From the NCBI GenBank assembly GCA_012295275.1, contig CM022672.1:19654001-19718000 (forward strand): 64,000 nucleotides of DNA. The letters run 5' to 3'. The notes beneath the pieces are model-generated. The model ran no database searches. It was not told where the DNA came from and saw nothing but the letters and a program-made list of their open reading frames with translations. Shown piece by piece: positions 12,867-25,257 of the stretch (position 1 is the stretch's first letter; every line of letters begins with the position of its first letter). Origin of the DNA: Chrysomallon squamiferum (Eukaryota > Animalia > Mollusca). Position numbers and translations under genes: made by a program.

Positions 12867-15641
12867 CGACAATGATGATGATGATATTAGTATTATATTA
12901 GTAGTAATTGTTGTTGTAGTAGCAACATCGGCAATAGTTATCGATTTATAATCGATGGGAATGTATAAGCATTATGTTTAATGATAAATACCTTTGTTCT
13001 ATCATTTCTGAAGCAGATCTGACAATGATAATATAATCAGACTTCTAGGTTGTCTGCTTAATAAAGTGCATGCCGTGGTTTATTAAGACATTATTCCGAA
13101 GACGCTATTTTACCAACAATTCGTGAACCCAAGGGGGGAAATGTCTGCGATACTTTGATAAAATATTAAATAACTATGATTCTGATTCTGCTTATTATTA
13201 TTATTTTGACAACGAATTTTTAATATTTATTATTATTATATGCGTTAGATATTGTATTCAGCCACACCATACCACATAATGTATTCAGATGCTCTGAGAA
13301 GCAAACGAGTAAAATGCTCAGTGCGAGGTTTTGAGTGACGAGACTTAAACGACAAATTAGGGGAAAAAAAAAAAAGTATATCGTTAAATCAGAAATATAA
13401 CGCCCTAACAACTACGACTGAAACCATTGGGTTTAAATCTTTTGACTGCTACCTTCTTCTACATTGTTTGTTTGTTTTTGTTATATTAATCTTTTGTCTG
13501 GTAAGGTTTCGCAGTATGAGTAATATTATTACAACGAAATATTTAAATTAGTAACTTCTTGTTTAAGGATGGCTTTAGATTTATGTTTATCATCTCGGCA
13601 AAGTAATGTATTTTTCAATTATGTTGCTAAGTAACTACACAAAAAAAAAAAAAAAAAAAAAAAAAAAGAAAAATGACACAAACAGACAAATTTTTAATTT
13701 TATACACAGATTTTATTTTAAAAAAAAATAAATGTATAAATCTCTGTTCCAATAGAAACGGTATCAGTTACAAAATGTCGAGTAGTTCGTTTCATTATTT
13801 TCAACATATAATGATATAGCCAATTGAACGCCACAAGATAAAAGAAAGCTGGTTTATATATATTCTGTGAGTGAGAGTTTTTTTTTTTTTTTATCTTTAG
13901 ACAATTTTAAAAACATAAAAAAACGTCTTAATGATATGTCTAACGACACAAAAATCGTCTCAAGTCATTGACATTCTTTTGCGCTGCAAAGGCGCATTTA
14001 ATTTAATGTTTTTGCATCATTTGGTCTCCGTCATCTCAGAAAGTGACAGTCAATAGTTTATTTCTCTAATATTATTTCTGGGTTTGTTAGCTTCTTACAG
14101 CACCACCAACGCTCATGAGGCCAAAACCTGCAGAAAGTGAATAGAAAATGGTAGTGTTTTTACTTTTTAATGTTGTTTTTTTGTTTTGTTTCAGGATTGG
14201 ATAGAATTTTTCTTAAATCTTACAGCTTTTTCAGACCCCTTGCCCAAATATTTTTAAGCGTTTTTGCCTCGTTTCAGAAAGATTCTAGTTATGGCTTCAA
14301 ATATGTCTTCATTTTAAATATTCTTAGGTTATATATGACTTGGGCTGATTAAAAATTTCAGAAAAAGGGATGGTACTATAATTGTAATGAATTTAACGTA
14401 TACTGAAATCCAAAATAAAAAATAAACATTGATAAACAAGAAAACAACATTACCCTGAAATATTTTCAGCAGTTTATTCATTTAAATATATATTAATATA
14501 CAACAACAGCGAGAAATAAAATGTAAGTACTGTATTGGTAACAATTCAATAAATAATGTAAATAAAAACTTTTGGAGTAAAATTTTGCTATTATATTTAT
14601 ACAAGAATGCCAAAAAGCAAATACACACATTTGGTAAAATTTTGATTTTATTAGTAAATGTATACAAATAATTAAAAGCAAATATACACATGCATAACAG
14701 AAGACAAAATGTCCTATAAATCACATATTAAAAGGGATATATCATTAAAAATTGTATATGAAATATTTACCAGCATTTGTATTCTTCTTATTTGATTTTA
14801 TCATACAAAGTTATATATAAATTATCAGTTATTTTCGTTAACGTTTTGGTTTCGTTTTTACCATTGTTAGATGTCACAATAAAGAACAACATCTTTCTAA
14901 TTCAACATCCATTTTCTGATCTATTACAGTAATTATGTTCTGAAAACTACATTTTGCATCTTTGACAACGAAAGAAATAACCAATGAAGTTTAACTAAGA
15001 TGATGCAAACCTATAGTCAAATAAAACAATTTACATACAGCTCCATGTGACAGTTTTTATTCGTTTTTTTTATTTTAAATATTTTATTTAAGGTGCCAAT
15101 TTGTTAAAAATCATATTTGTGCAATTCCAAAATGCTTTTAACAATTTCTGTTAGAGTATGGCTGTTGGTATCGACCAAATTATTAATATAAATGATTGTT
15201 CCTTTCTTATTGGCAACCAGTTTTTGCTAATAAAAATAATACAACATGTTCTTTGTACCTTCTTTGTCATACACATTTGTGCATTATACAGTACAAAATG
15301 TACAAATAAAAAAAAAAAAAAAAAAAAGAGCAAACACCCGTAACAACCATTTTACTCACACAGGAAGTTTAGCCAAAAAAAAATTCATTCTTGCTTATTT
15401 CTATAATTAGATTTTAATTTATTTATTTAAAAAATAATTATAAAATAATAAAATAAAATAAAAAAAAATAAAAATTAAATTTATAAAGAATATTTATCTG
15501 GACCACTTCAGTTTCAACTTAAATTATAGAGACTCTTCAGAGTTTGCACTTGAATAATATTAGCTATGAATCACACACTGAGACTCTCAGTTTTCTAATG
15601 TGTCATCTTTTGATGGAATCACATTTAAAAGAATTTCTCAT

Positions 15642-18600
15642 TTAATCTGAAGTATAACCTGACAGACATTCGTACACAAGTTCATACAAATCTGTAAACT
15701 GTGGATCATTATACAGTCCCACTGAACTGATGTAATTAGAGAGGTAAGCCACAGAAAGTTTTTTGTTTGGATCAGCCATAACAATCTGGCCTCCAAATCC
15801 ACTATGTCCAAATACAGTGTTACCCTGAAATACAATAATTTACATTCAGTATTTTATCAGAGTTTTTGTTAAACAGGAATACTTCATTCAAATAATAATG
15901 ATGATGATACTACTACTACTACTACTACTACTAATAATAATAATAACAATTATAATAATAATAATAATAATAAAATAATAACAGTAACAAAAATGCTATT
16001 ATATTATGAGTTTTATACTCACTCTAGCAGTGTTAAACACCATTAAACCTCTGTAAACTGTTATATCACTTATGGTAGTTTTATACTCACTCTAGCAGCG
16101 TTAAACACCATTAAACCTCTGTAAACTGTTATATCACTTATGGTAGTTTTATACTCACTCTAGCAGCGTTAAACACCATTAAACCTCTGTAAACTGTTAT
16201 ATCACTTATGGTAGTTTTATACTCACTCTTGTAGTGTTAAACACCATTAAACCTCTGCTATAAGTAATGTCTGTCAGGAGAACTTGATCTTTCCCTGCAG
16301 CCATTGGAGTCAGCAATTTGTCTGTGGTTTCAGATGTCAGGAGTTGTTTCCCTTTGTAAGATCCACTGACTGCTATGTAGCTATAGAGTTTTGCAAGAGA
16401 CTGAGCAGTTCCTAGTCCCATATAGGAAGGAATTCCAATAGCTTGGACATCAGCTCGATTCATAATTGAATTCTGTGGAATAAATTCATAAAAAATATCT
16501 GATTAATACTTTTCATTATTGTTTCTTAACTGAGGTTCTGCAAAGATTATATTAGACATACTGGGGTTGAGAAAGACTGATTTACGATGTAGAATATTTT
16601 TTACCGCATCAAATCATCTTAAATAGCCTTTTGATTTTTATTTGGTTTCAGAAATCTTTCAGACAGATATAAAATACCACTATTAATACTGAATAAAATA
16701 ATTATTACATCTTCTTTCAAGACGGTTATTGCTTTAGATGTGATGGAATCTGGGTACATCAAGTTCACAGAAAGTATTTTAATGGAATCGAGATCTGTCA
16801 AGGACTGAAGAATTAATGCTGGCGATAAGTTGAAATCAAATCGAGCAACTCTCCAGTGTTGTTCTTTAGCTATTCCAATGTGGAAGTCAATTTCTAGATT
16901 AACAAAACAGATTATATATCTATTTGGAATGAAAATAAATACATAAATAATTATTAAAATGCATACCTACTTATGCACACAACATACATACAAATATACA
17001 TAGATACATACATACATACATATAAGGATTCAAATTAGGTTAGGACAATAGAACTTTAGGGAGTATTGAGGTTTTGAGATGGCAAAATGAGACATTACAA
17101 AATAACAAAGTTGTTGTCATAAACTTAAAATTAAACATTCAGTCATTAATCATGTCTATCTCAGTTAGTTTAATTTGAATACAAATTTAAAAGAACTGTG
17201 TTTACTGTCAATGTCTAATCAGAACCATAAAATGATTAGATTTTAATTTATTTCATTATTTAATGTATGATAATTTATAACAAATAAAAATTGATGGAAA
17301 TAACTGAAGAAAAAAAACCATGCTGTGGCTGACATTCCATAAATATGTCTTAAAATATCTTACCTAATGGATCAGCTATTTCTTCTTGAAATATCTGAGA
17401 AATATTCCGGTGTTTAGGGTCTGCTTTCTGTGCGAGAATATTCACATAATATCCCATGACAACTGCATGATAACCATGGGCAGTACCTGTTTTAAAAAAC
17501 AAAAACAATATTAAATAAGGACATTTGGCTTCTTACAAACTCTACAAAAAAAACAGAGAAGGAAAAAAACACTCATCATTAACAATAAAATAATAAAATA
17601 AAAGTAAAGAAAAAAATAAGATAAAAATAATATTAGATATTCTTAAAAGTAAGAAGGAAGACAAGGTATATTTAATTTGTTATGCTTTTTTTAAAAAACA
17701 GTTCTTCCATTAATACAATAATTATGACAGACGTTAGATTGTACATGTTTAAAAAAAGAATAAAAAAATTAAAAATAATATTCTAGTTCTTACAATCTTA
17801 GCTGAAACCCTGCACAAAAACAGCGAAGAAGGAAAAATACTTTTTGTTAAAAATAAAATAGTAAAATAAAATAATATTAGGTGACTAAAATGAAATATTT
17901 TAAAAATGAAACTGGAAAAAAAAAAAAAAAAACATTTTAATTAAAATACAGTAATTATGATATAGACATTAGATTGTTTCTGATTTGGCTTGTCATGTTT
18001 TAATCTGGGTTTTTAAAATGGTATGTAACATCTTGAATCTGTGTTTACAAACCTGGAGTCCATTCAGGTGAATTATCTTCTAAAAGTTTAATTATTTTCT
18101 TTGGTTTTTTAATTACATCAAAAATGGAAACCTTCTCACCACCAAATGACACTAACCCAGCCTGGAAAGACAGTAAGCAATGCATATGATGTTATACATG
18201 AAATTATTATTAATATTGAACTTCAACCTTTGCTAATAATAAGGTATGGCTATTAAATTATAACTTTAGGGTGATACCAACACCAGCTTTTTGTTTTTAA
18301 CCTTGCCAAAACATTCATTTCACTTGCCTGATGACTCAACAGAATTTCAACAGTAATATTTTCTTTTCCATTTTTAGCAAATTCTGGCCAGTAGTAACTC
18401 ACTGGCTTCTCATACTCAATCCATCCTCTGAAAATACATATAACTAATTCAAAAAAACAAAATAAAAAACAAAACAAAACAAAACAACTTTTAATATCAA
18501 AATCTTTTTGGATGGATTCATTTGTTGTTAATTTTACAAATTTGATACTGGAACAAATAACTAAATGCAAATTCTTGCACTTAAAATCAATCAATTATTA

Positions 18601-19661
18601 AACTGAAAACACTGCCATCCCACCTCCCCAGATATTTTTGAATATACTGCTGCTCCTACCTATTTCCAAAACACATTAAAATAAATAAATAAATAAATAA
18701 AACAAAATAAAAAATCACAGATGTTTTGTACTGAATTTTAATTTTAATTCTTACTTATCCACCATCACTGCAATGGTTACAGCAGCAACACTCTTGGTCA
18801 CTGAAAATGCCAATGTAATCGTGTCTTTATTCCATGGTTGTTGTGAACTGCGGTCAGCATATCCTGCCCACATGTCAATGAGGAGTTCTCCATTGTAGTA
18901 AGCTGAAAATGAGCAGCCTTTCTCTTTGCCATTTTGAACATTCTGTCTATTAAAATAAATAAATAAATAAATAAATAAATACATTTTTAAAAATAAAATG
19001 AAATAAAAAAGAACAATAAATAAATAAAAATAAAGTAAAAATAAAATAAATAATAATAATAATCAAAGAACAATAAATAAATAAAAATAAAGCAAGAAAA
19101 AATAAACAAGAAGTTATGTACCATTTATGAAATATTTCATGAAAATTTCAAAATTCTGACAACTGTGTTAATGTACATTAATGGTGTATTTCTAGTTTAG
19201 AAGTGAACAGACATGTTTGGCTAGCTATGAAAGGAATTTGATAAAAGCACGATAATAAAGGCAGAGAACTGACTTAAATTGATTTTGGTGATGCTTTATA
19301 CTAAAAAGGTGGAAAACGAGAAGAAAGAGGAAGTTAAAAATACGAATTGCATTTCGTGAAAAAAAGAAATGTCACTGGAATCTTTTATGCAAATTTTATA
19401 CAAGACAGAGCTATGTATTATTATATTGTAACGAATGGGCAGAATAAAACTTTATTTATAATATAATTACATTACAATATAATATAATAAATATTATTAT
19501 ACGATTACGGAGTATTACCGTAGTTTTTCTGCAACTCTTCTAAATTTGGGATGAAAATAACCTTCTACCACAGGAGGTAAAGGTGTTTTAAAATAATTCC
19601 ATAAATAGTTAAATGCTATTGCAAGCACTAAGACTAATAAAGTCAATTTGATAAATCCCAT
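15642..19661 (-). CDS. Beta-lactamase-related serine hydrolase, paralog B, 426 aa
   Basis: Exons (minus) 19661-19519, 18946-18755, 18427-18328, 18161-18053, 17486-17364, 16893-16709, 16472-16227, 15824-15642. Exon lengths are identical to paralog A and the frame is open throughout. FSVTK, LLSHQAGL, GYHA and FGHSGFGG are intact. By hand count 34 of 426 residues differ from A. Confidence 0.93.
16008..16257. repeat. 68-bp tandem repeat of the exon 7/intron 7 junction, paralog B (3 extra units)
   Basis: The same unit starts at 16013, 16081, 16149 and 16217 (the true junction). Confidence 0.92.
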
Positions 19662-19962
19662 TATAATGATTTGTATGTTATACTATATAGTTATATACTA
19701 TACTGATCCTTCTGAAAGTACAAAACCGGTTTTAGTTAGCTTTTCTTTCGTAAATCCCTCCACTTATGGAAGCGAATCGAAAAGCGAAATAAATCAAAGT
19801 AAAAACATCTGCATATATTTATCTATAATGTTCTCTTATTCTGCGGATTAATTTTACATATACTTTTAGCAGTTCATGAATTTTCTGCTGAATACATTTA
19901 CATTAAAACTCGAAAACTTCCAAGTAACAATAATAATAATAATAATGATGATGATAGTATTA

Positions 19963-20314
19963 TAGGTACCGGACCAATTCTTCGGACTCCTTGGGGCCTA
20001 AGGCTACCTGATTTCTGGATTTTCTGGTTTTCTGGTACCAAGGCATCTAAATTCGTAAATTATTAGGTATAAACATTAAAAAAAAAAAAAAAAAAAAAAA
20101 AAACCATAAAGAAAAATTGACGCTACACAACTGTGGCGACTCGACACATAAACAAAGCGGCGAGTGAATGAACGCAACGCGGCATGAAAGAGTAGTTCCG
20201 GTCTGGTGAGTGCAAAACCAGCACGTGCGAACTATGAAAATAGCGTCGGGAAAAGAATTCCGGTTTTCTGGTCTTTCTGGATTTAAGGACGCCGGATAAT
20301 TGGTCCGGGACCTG
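19963..20314. mobile_element. Non-autonomous TIR element (MITE, Tc1/mariner-like), 352 bp
   Basis: TA|TAGGTACCGGACCAATT...AATTGGTCCGGGACCTG|TA: imperfect terminal inverted repeats with TA on both sides. It is absent from the paralogous position in copy A (~12895). Confidence 0.82.
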
Positions 20315-21004
20315 TAGTAGTAATTGATGTTGTTGTAGGAACAGCAGTAGTTATCGGTTTATAATCGAGGGGAAATATATAAGCGTTTTCTTTGACGGAA
20401 AACAGTATTTTTTAAAATCATTTTTGCAGCAGATGACAGTATTTATACAGTCTGTCTGCTTAATAAAGTGTAGGACTCGGTTTATTAAGACATTATTAAG
20501 AAGACACCCTTTTACCAACAGTTCTTGAACCGAAGCTGGGAAATGACTGCGACAGTTTTGTAAAATAGTAAATAACGATCCGTCCGATACTGCTTATTAT
20601 TATTGTCTGCACAACGAATTTTAGAAAATTGTTATTATTATTATTATTATTATTCATTTAATCATGTATGCTGATGTACAAGAGCAAAATGCTCTATGTG
20701 AAATTTTAAATGACAAAACGTAAAGGATAAATAAAAAAAAAAAAGTATATCGTTAAATCAGAAGCATAGCACCAGCACAATTACGACTGAAACGATTGTG
20801 TTTAAAACGTTTGACTGCTATCTTTGTTTTGTTTGTTAGTTTTTGTTATATTAATCAAAAGATTGCTGAATATCTTTTATCTTTTAAGGTTTCGACGTAT
20901 GAGTAATAGTACTTCAACGAGATACTGAAAATAGTAACTTCTTGTTATTCAGTGGCTTGATTATATTTATCATTTCAATAGTGTGTCTTATTCAGTTATC
21001 TTGT

Positions 21005-21063
<59 letters not shown>

Positions 21064-21417
21064 CATAAATAAATAAATAAATAAAACTAACAATAATGAT
21101 CAAATAAACTTTATTATTTTTCGATGATTTTTTCGAAACATTTTCAGTAGCCTTCAAAATACAACAGATTTTTATGATCACTTTAATTTTTGAAAAAAAA
21201 GAAGACAGTAGTAGTTCATTTAATTTTATCATTTTGCTTAAGAACAATAATTGTTTGTTATTCGCTGATTACATTAAAGTCAGTTCTTATTCATTCAGTA
21301 CAATAAATTTTACCGTTTTTAGTAATTTAGTGAAATCATTTTAATTTTTGTTGTTGTTTAATTGTTTGTTAATATATTTTACAGTCAACGTTCAACATTT
21401 CTTTTAAATGAATGCTC

Positions 21418-21765
21418 TCAACACTGAACGTTTCTTGCCCAGTCGCAGGCTTTGATTGGATGATTCCATTTCATGCCGGAGGGACACGAATGCTCGATCA
21501 CCCGACCATGATTACACTGCAGAAACTTGGAACAGTCGAAGGGATGCTTTTGATAGACCCCATCGGCCACGTCACATTGGTTGACTGGCGCATGCGTGAT
21601 AGGCTTCTCTTCCCAGTGTTTGCAGTTGGTGATATTTTGGTCCCAGACGGTATTTTCTGGACATTCTTTCATGTACGCTATTCCATTGCTGCACTGGTAG
21701 TAACGCCGGTCATTTGTAAACGAACGAATGTAGGCCATTTCTCCTTCTGGGCAAATATCTAGTAA

Positions 21766-21806
<41 letters not shown>

Positions 21807-21807
21807 T

Positions 21808-21859
<52 letters not shown>

Positions 21860-22696
21860 GCAGCAACAACAATAACAGCAGTAGCAACAGCATTGACAAC
21901 AACAGTAACAACGATAATATACAAAAATTAGATTCAGTCATGGAGCCACCATTGTATCTTAAAATTGTAATACAGGTACCGGACCAATTATTCGGCGTCC
22001 TGAAATCCGGAAAGACCAGAAAACCGGAAGTTTTTTCCCTAAGCTATTTTCAAAATCCGGAAATCCGGAATGCGCCAAGGAGTCCGAATAATTGGTCCGG
22101 TACATGTAGATCCAAGAAATATCGTAGAAGAGTGTTGCTGCCATGTTTATTAACCAGCCTTACTCACATACAAACATATACACAGAGGTAGACAAACACA
22201 CTTACACACATACACACGGACATACCGACGTATTAACCAAACAAAAGACGCACATTAAGATACGGACAAAAGATGACATAAAAAAAATAATAATAAAAAA
22301 AAAAAAAATAAAAAAAAAAAAAAAAAAAAAAATAAATAAGGAGGAAGAAGAAGGTGAATTATAAAAACTGAAAATAGGTTTTGCTTCAGGAAATAAATAC
22401 CTCCACAAGGGTTAGTGTTGCATTCTACTGTTTGATTTCGTTTGGAGTTTCCTTCGCACGCGGAACCGCCATAAGCAGGTTCTGGATTGGTGCAAGTCCT
22501 AGACTGCCATTGGTTCTTTTCTCCGCTGCCGCACAAAACACTGCATTCGTCGTAATCAGTCCACTCAGACCAGTCTGTCCAGCCACCGTTAACTGTAAAC
22601 ATTTCACAGAAGAAAAAATAAATAAAAGTTACATTTTAAATACAAGTATTTAGTTTGTTTTAATAGTCTAAACTTATTTCTTTATCCGGGTAAAGC

Positions 22697-22780
<84 letters not shown>

Positions 22781-22875
22781 ATAAAAATAAAATAAACATT
22801 ATGTACTGAATTTTTAGAAACAAACTTTGCTATTATAACAAGAACATCAATAATAATAATAATTCTTTCAAGTGA

Positions 22876-22929
<54 letters not shown>

Positions 22930-23274
22930 TACGGTCGTAAAATTTTGTTTAGTATCGTTTCTAAATACACCGTATGCATTTAACACCTAGTAAACCTTTT
23001 TTTCTAAATATTCTTTTAAAATAAATGCATATTTATTTTTCGACAATCTTACACCTGGTTACTTATAGTATTTTGTTTTCGTTTCTTCCTAGAAAATTCA
23101 AAACATGAAAATAAGCACCAAAATAAATATGTTCAATTATCCTAATTTTTATAATATCACCTCATTTACGCTTACAGTTATGAAATGTTATTAGTTGTAA
23201 TTATTTTATTTGAAATGAAGACTTAGTTATAAAATAATATAATTACTATAACATCTTCAGTTTATTAAAATAAT

Positions 23275-23306
<32 letters not shown>

Positions 23307-24549
23307 TTTCATATCTCCTTTCTATTTAATTTGATTTCTCATTCACCTGGACACGGTTGTTCGTTGCAGGTTACGGTATCCTGTGATTGACTTGTACCAT
23401 AACACGGTCTTCCGCCATTTCGTGGTGCCGGATTTGTGCACGTGCGTCGCTTGGTTACGGTTTTCGTCCCACCACCGCACGTTGCTGAACAAGTTCCGTC
23501 TGCGATTATCCAGTTACTCCATCCACCATTAGCTACAACCGAAAAAAACCACCCCCGGAATAAAAGTGATCACCGTGAAACATATAATACACACACACAT
23601 ACATTTTACCTTATGCACATTGCTTTTCTGGATTTACTAACTGAATACATATATGTAAAGGATATACTTACTGCAATCTCTGTAATATATCTCAGTAACC
23701 GTTCTGAAAAATCAAGAATTGTTTTATTTTACATTTACCTGTGATGCAGCGATTTGTATACGAAAATTATGTAAAAGCAACAACAATAAAACAACAACAA
23801 AACAAAAACTGCACCAACCCCCCCCAAAAAAAATCAGTTAAACAACACTCCTCCATGAAAAAATCCAATAAAAAATCCAACAATAAAAACAACAATAAAA
23901 AACTCCAAAATACAACCAAACCAACCAAACAACAACAAAAAAAAAGCATTATGCTTTCTTTGGCTAAATTAGTAAATTAAAACAGAATATCTTCAATACA
24001 GAATCTCTATACAGAAATAACTTTATAAATGGATTATAAATAGATAGTAAATTTTATACTAGTCTGCTTCGAGGGACAGGGATTTATCTGTGAACCCCCT
24101 CCCCCCAAAAAAACCAAACAACAACAACGATATCACATACGAACCTGTATCTGACACATCTGCCCCACCCAAGGAATCCACAGCTTTTTGTATACCTCTG
24201 TCTTCTGGTTCTCGAAGCTCGACACCTGCAATACAGTTACAGTCTTTGTTACTGAAATATTTCTAACTTAAAGAAATATTTCTAACTTATATCTCACAAA
24301 TAAAAAATAAAAAAATGAATAAAAAAAGAAGAAAAAAGAAGTATTGTTTATTTATTTAATAAGTATTTTTTGAAGCCCGTTCCCCCCAACTCCCCAAACA
24401 ACAACAACAAAACAAATAGACCAAATGCTATTACTACTACTACTACTACTACTACTACTACAACAAATAATAATGATAATAATATACCTGTCGGCAGCGA
24501 TGTCATCTACCACAGCAGTTAACACAATCAGGACTACCAGCAGCTTCAT
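21418..24549 (-). CDS. Secreted protein: signal peptide + cationic 4-Cys module + 2x thrombospondin type-1 + 2x chitin-binding peritrophin-A (CBM14), 297 aa
   Basis: Exons (minus) 24549-24488, 24225-24145, 23703-23672, 23532-23347, 22592-22401, 21758-21418, all GT-AG, phases 2,2,1,1,1, 894 nt open. Segments: [14 protein letters not shown] (signal); [30 protein letters not shown] and [31 protein letters not shown] (TSP1); [19 protein letters not shown]....ACDW...VQC (CBM14). Confidence 0.9.
21973..22106. mobile_element. 134-bp MITE, internally deleted and inverted relative of the element at 19963-20314
   Basis: TA|CAGGTACCGGACCAATTATTCGG...CCGAATAATTGGTCCGGTACATG|TA. Both subterminal regions match the reverse complement of the longer element. 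It lies in the last intron of the TSP1/CBM14 gene. Confidence 0.85.
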
Positions 24550-24605
24550 TCTGTAAGAACTCTATGGCAGTAAGATCCTTCTGCCGTTCAAGGATTAAAT
24601 CCAAC

Positions 24606-24612
24606 TTTTATA
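24606..24612 (-). promoter_or_regulatory. TATA box of the TSP1/CBM14 gene
   Basis: TATAAAA on the minus strand ~57 bp upstream of the ATG at 24549. Confidence 0.55.
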
Positions 24613-25155
24613 TGATTTCTGATATTCAGATTAGCCGATTTTTAAATTTTAAATTTTTTTTATTTTTTATTTTTTTTGAATATTAAAAAGTTTTCGAAAC
24701 TAATAAAACCGATGCTATCACATATGTTTACAAAGTGTACAAAGGAGCTAGGAACTTTTAAGTCAGATGAGAAAGGGTTCAATATTTGACTAGTCTCTTA
24801 GACGCTATCTCCTGATATGTAACTGGCAGTACGATTAAAATACCTCTTAATCTGAAGTGAATTATGGAAAACACATCTTGTAGAGAAAGGTTAGGCTCGG
24901 TTTGAATTACACCTGGATTAAATTTCGTTAGCTATTAACTGACCGTCATGTTTTCATTAACATTTTTCCTTATATCAAACCTTACAGATACATAAAAAAC
25001 ATTGTAATTTCATATTATACACACACACAAAAAAAATTATAATAAAAAAATAATAATGATAAAAGTAAACAAATATATAAATATAGCTAGTTAAGTAACC
25101 AAAAAAAAAAAAAAAAAAAAAAAAAAAATAAATAAATAAATAAAAATAGTAACAC

Positions 25156-25257
25156 AATTCATCCTATTTAGTGCGATTCAGTTTCGTTCGGTTTAGACAC
25201 AGTTATATCAAATAATTAATAATAAAAATTGAATAATATAATATAATATAATATATG
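25156..25257 (+). repeat. Dispersed ~90-bp repeat with (AATAT)n tail, copy 1
   Basis: attcatcctatttagtgcgattcagtttc...gacacagttatatcaaataattaataataaaaattgaataa matches 39167-39280. Confidence 0.65.

Larger units (their letters stand above)
6400..13625. repeat. Segmental tandem duplication, copy A (~7.2 kb)
   Basis: Collinear with ~14292-21003, including 3' flank (gcttcaaatatatcttcattttaaatattc vs gcttcaaatatgtcttcattttaaatattc), introns and ~1.1 kb of 5' flank (aaggtttcgcagtatgagtaata vs aaggtttcgacgtatgagtaata). Boundaries are approximate. Confidence 0.9.
14292..21003. repeat. Segmental tandem duplication, copy B (~6.7 kb)
   Basis: Direct paralogous copy of ~6400-13625, separated from it by a ~0.65-kb unique spacer. 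Many indels and substitutions argue against a simple assembly duplicate. Confidence 0.9.

Noticed and set aside
7660-19661. Recent bacterial horizontal transfer or antibiotic-resistance gene
   Set aside because: Both genes have seven spliceosomal introns and host-like AT content, and beta-lactamase-domain proteins of this kind are known in invertebrates. Beta-lactam hydrolysis cannot be inferred from the fold.
21412-21762. 116-aa plus-strand ORF, and the poly-V/I N-terminus of the 168-aa minus-strand ORF
   Set aside because: The first is antisense to the CBM14 exon. The hydrophobic run is an intronic (TTA/TTG)n microsatellite upstream of the acceptor at 21759.
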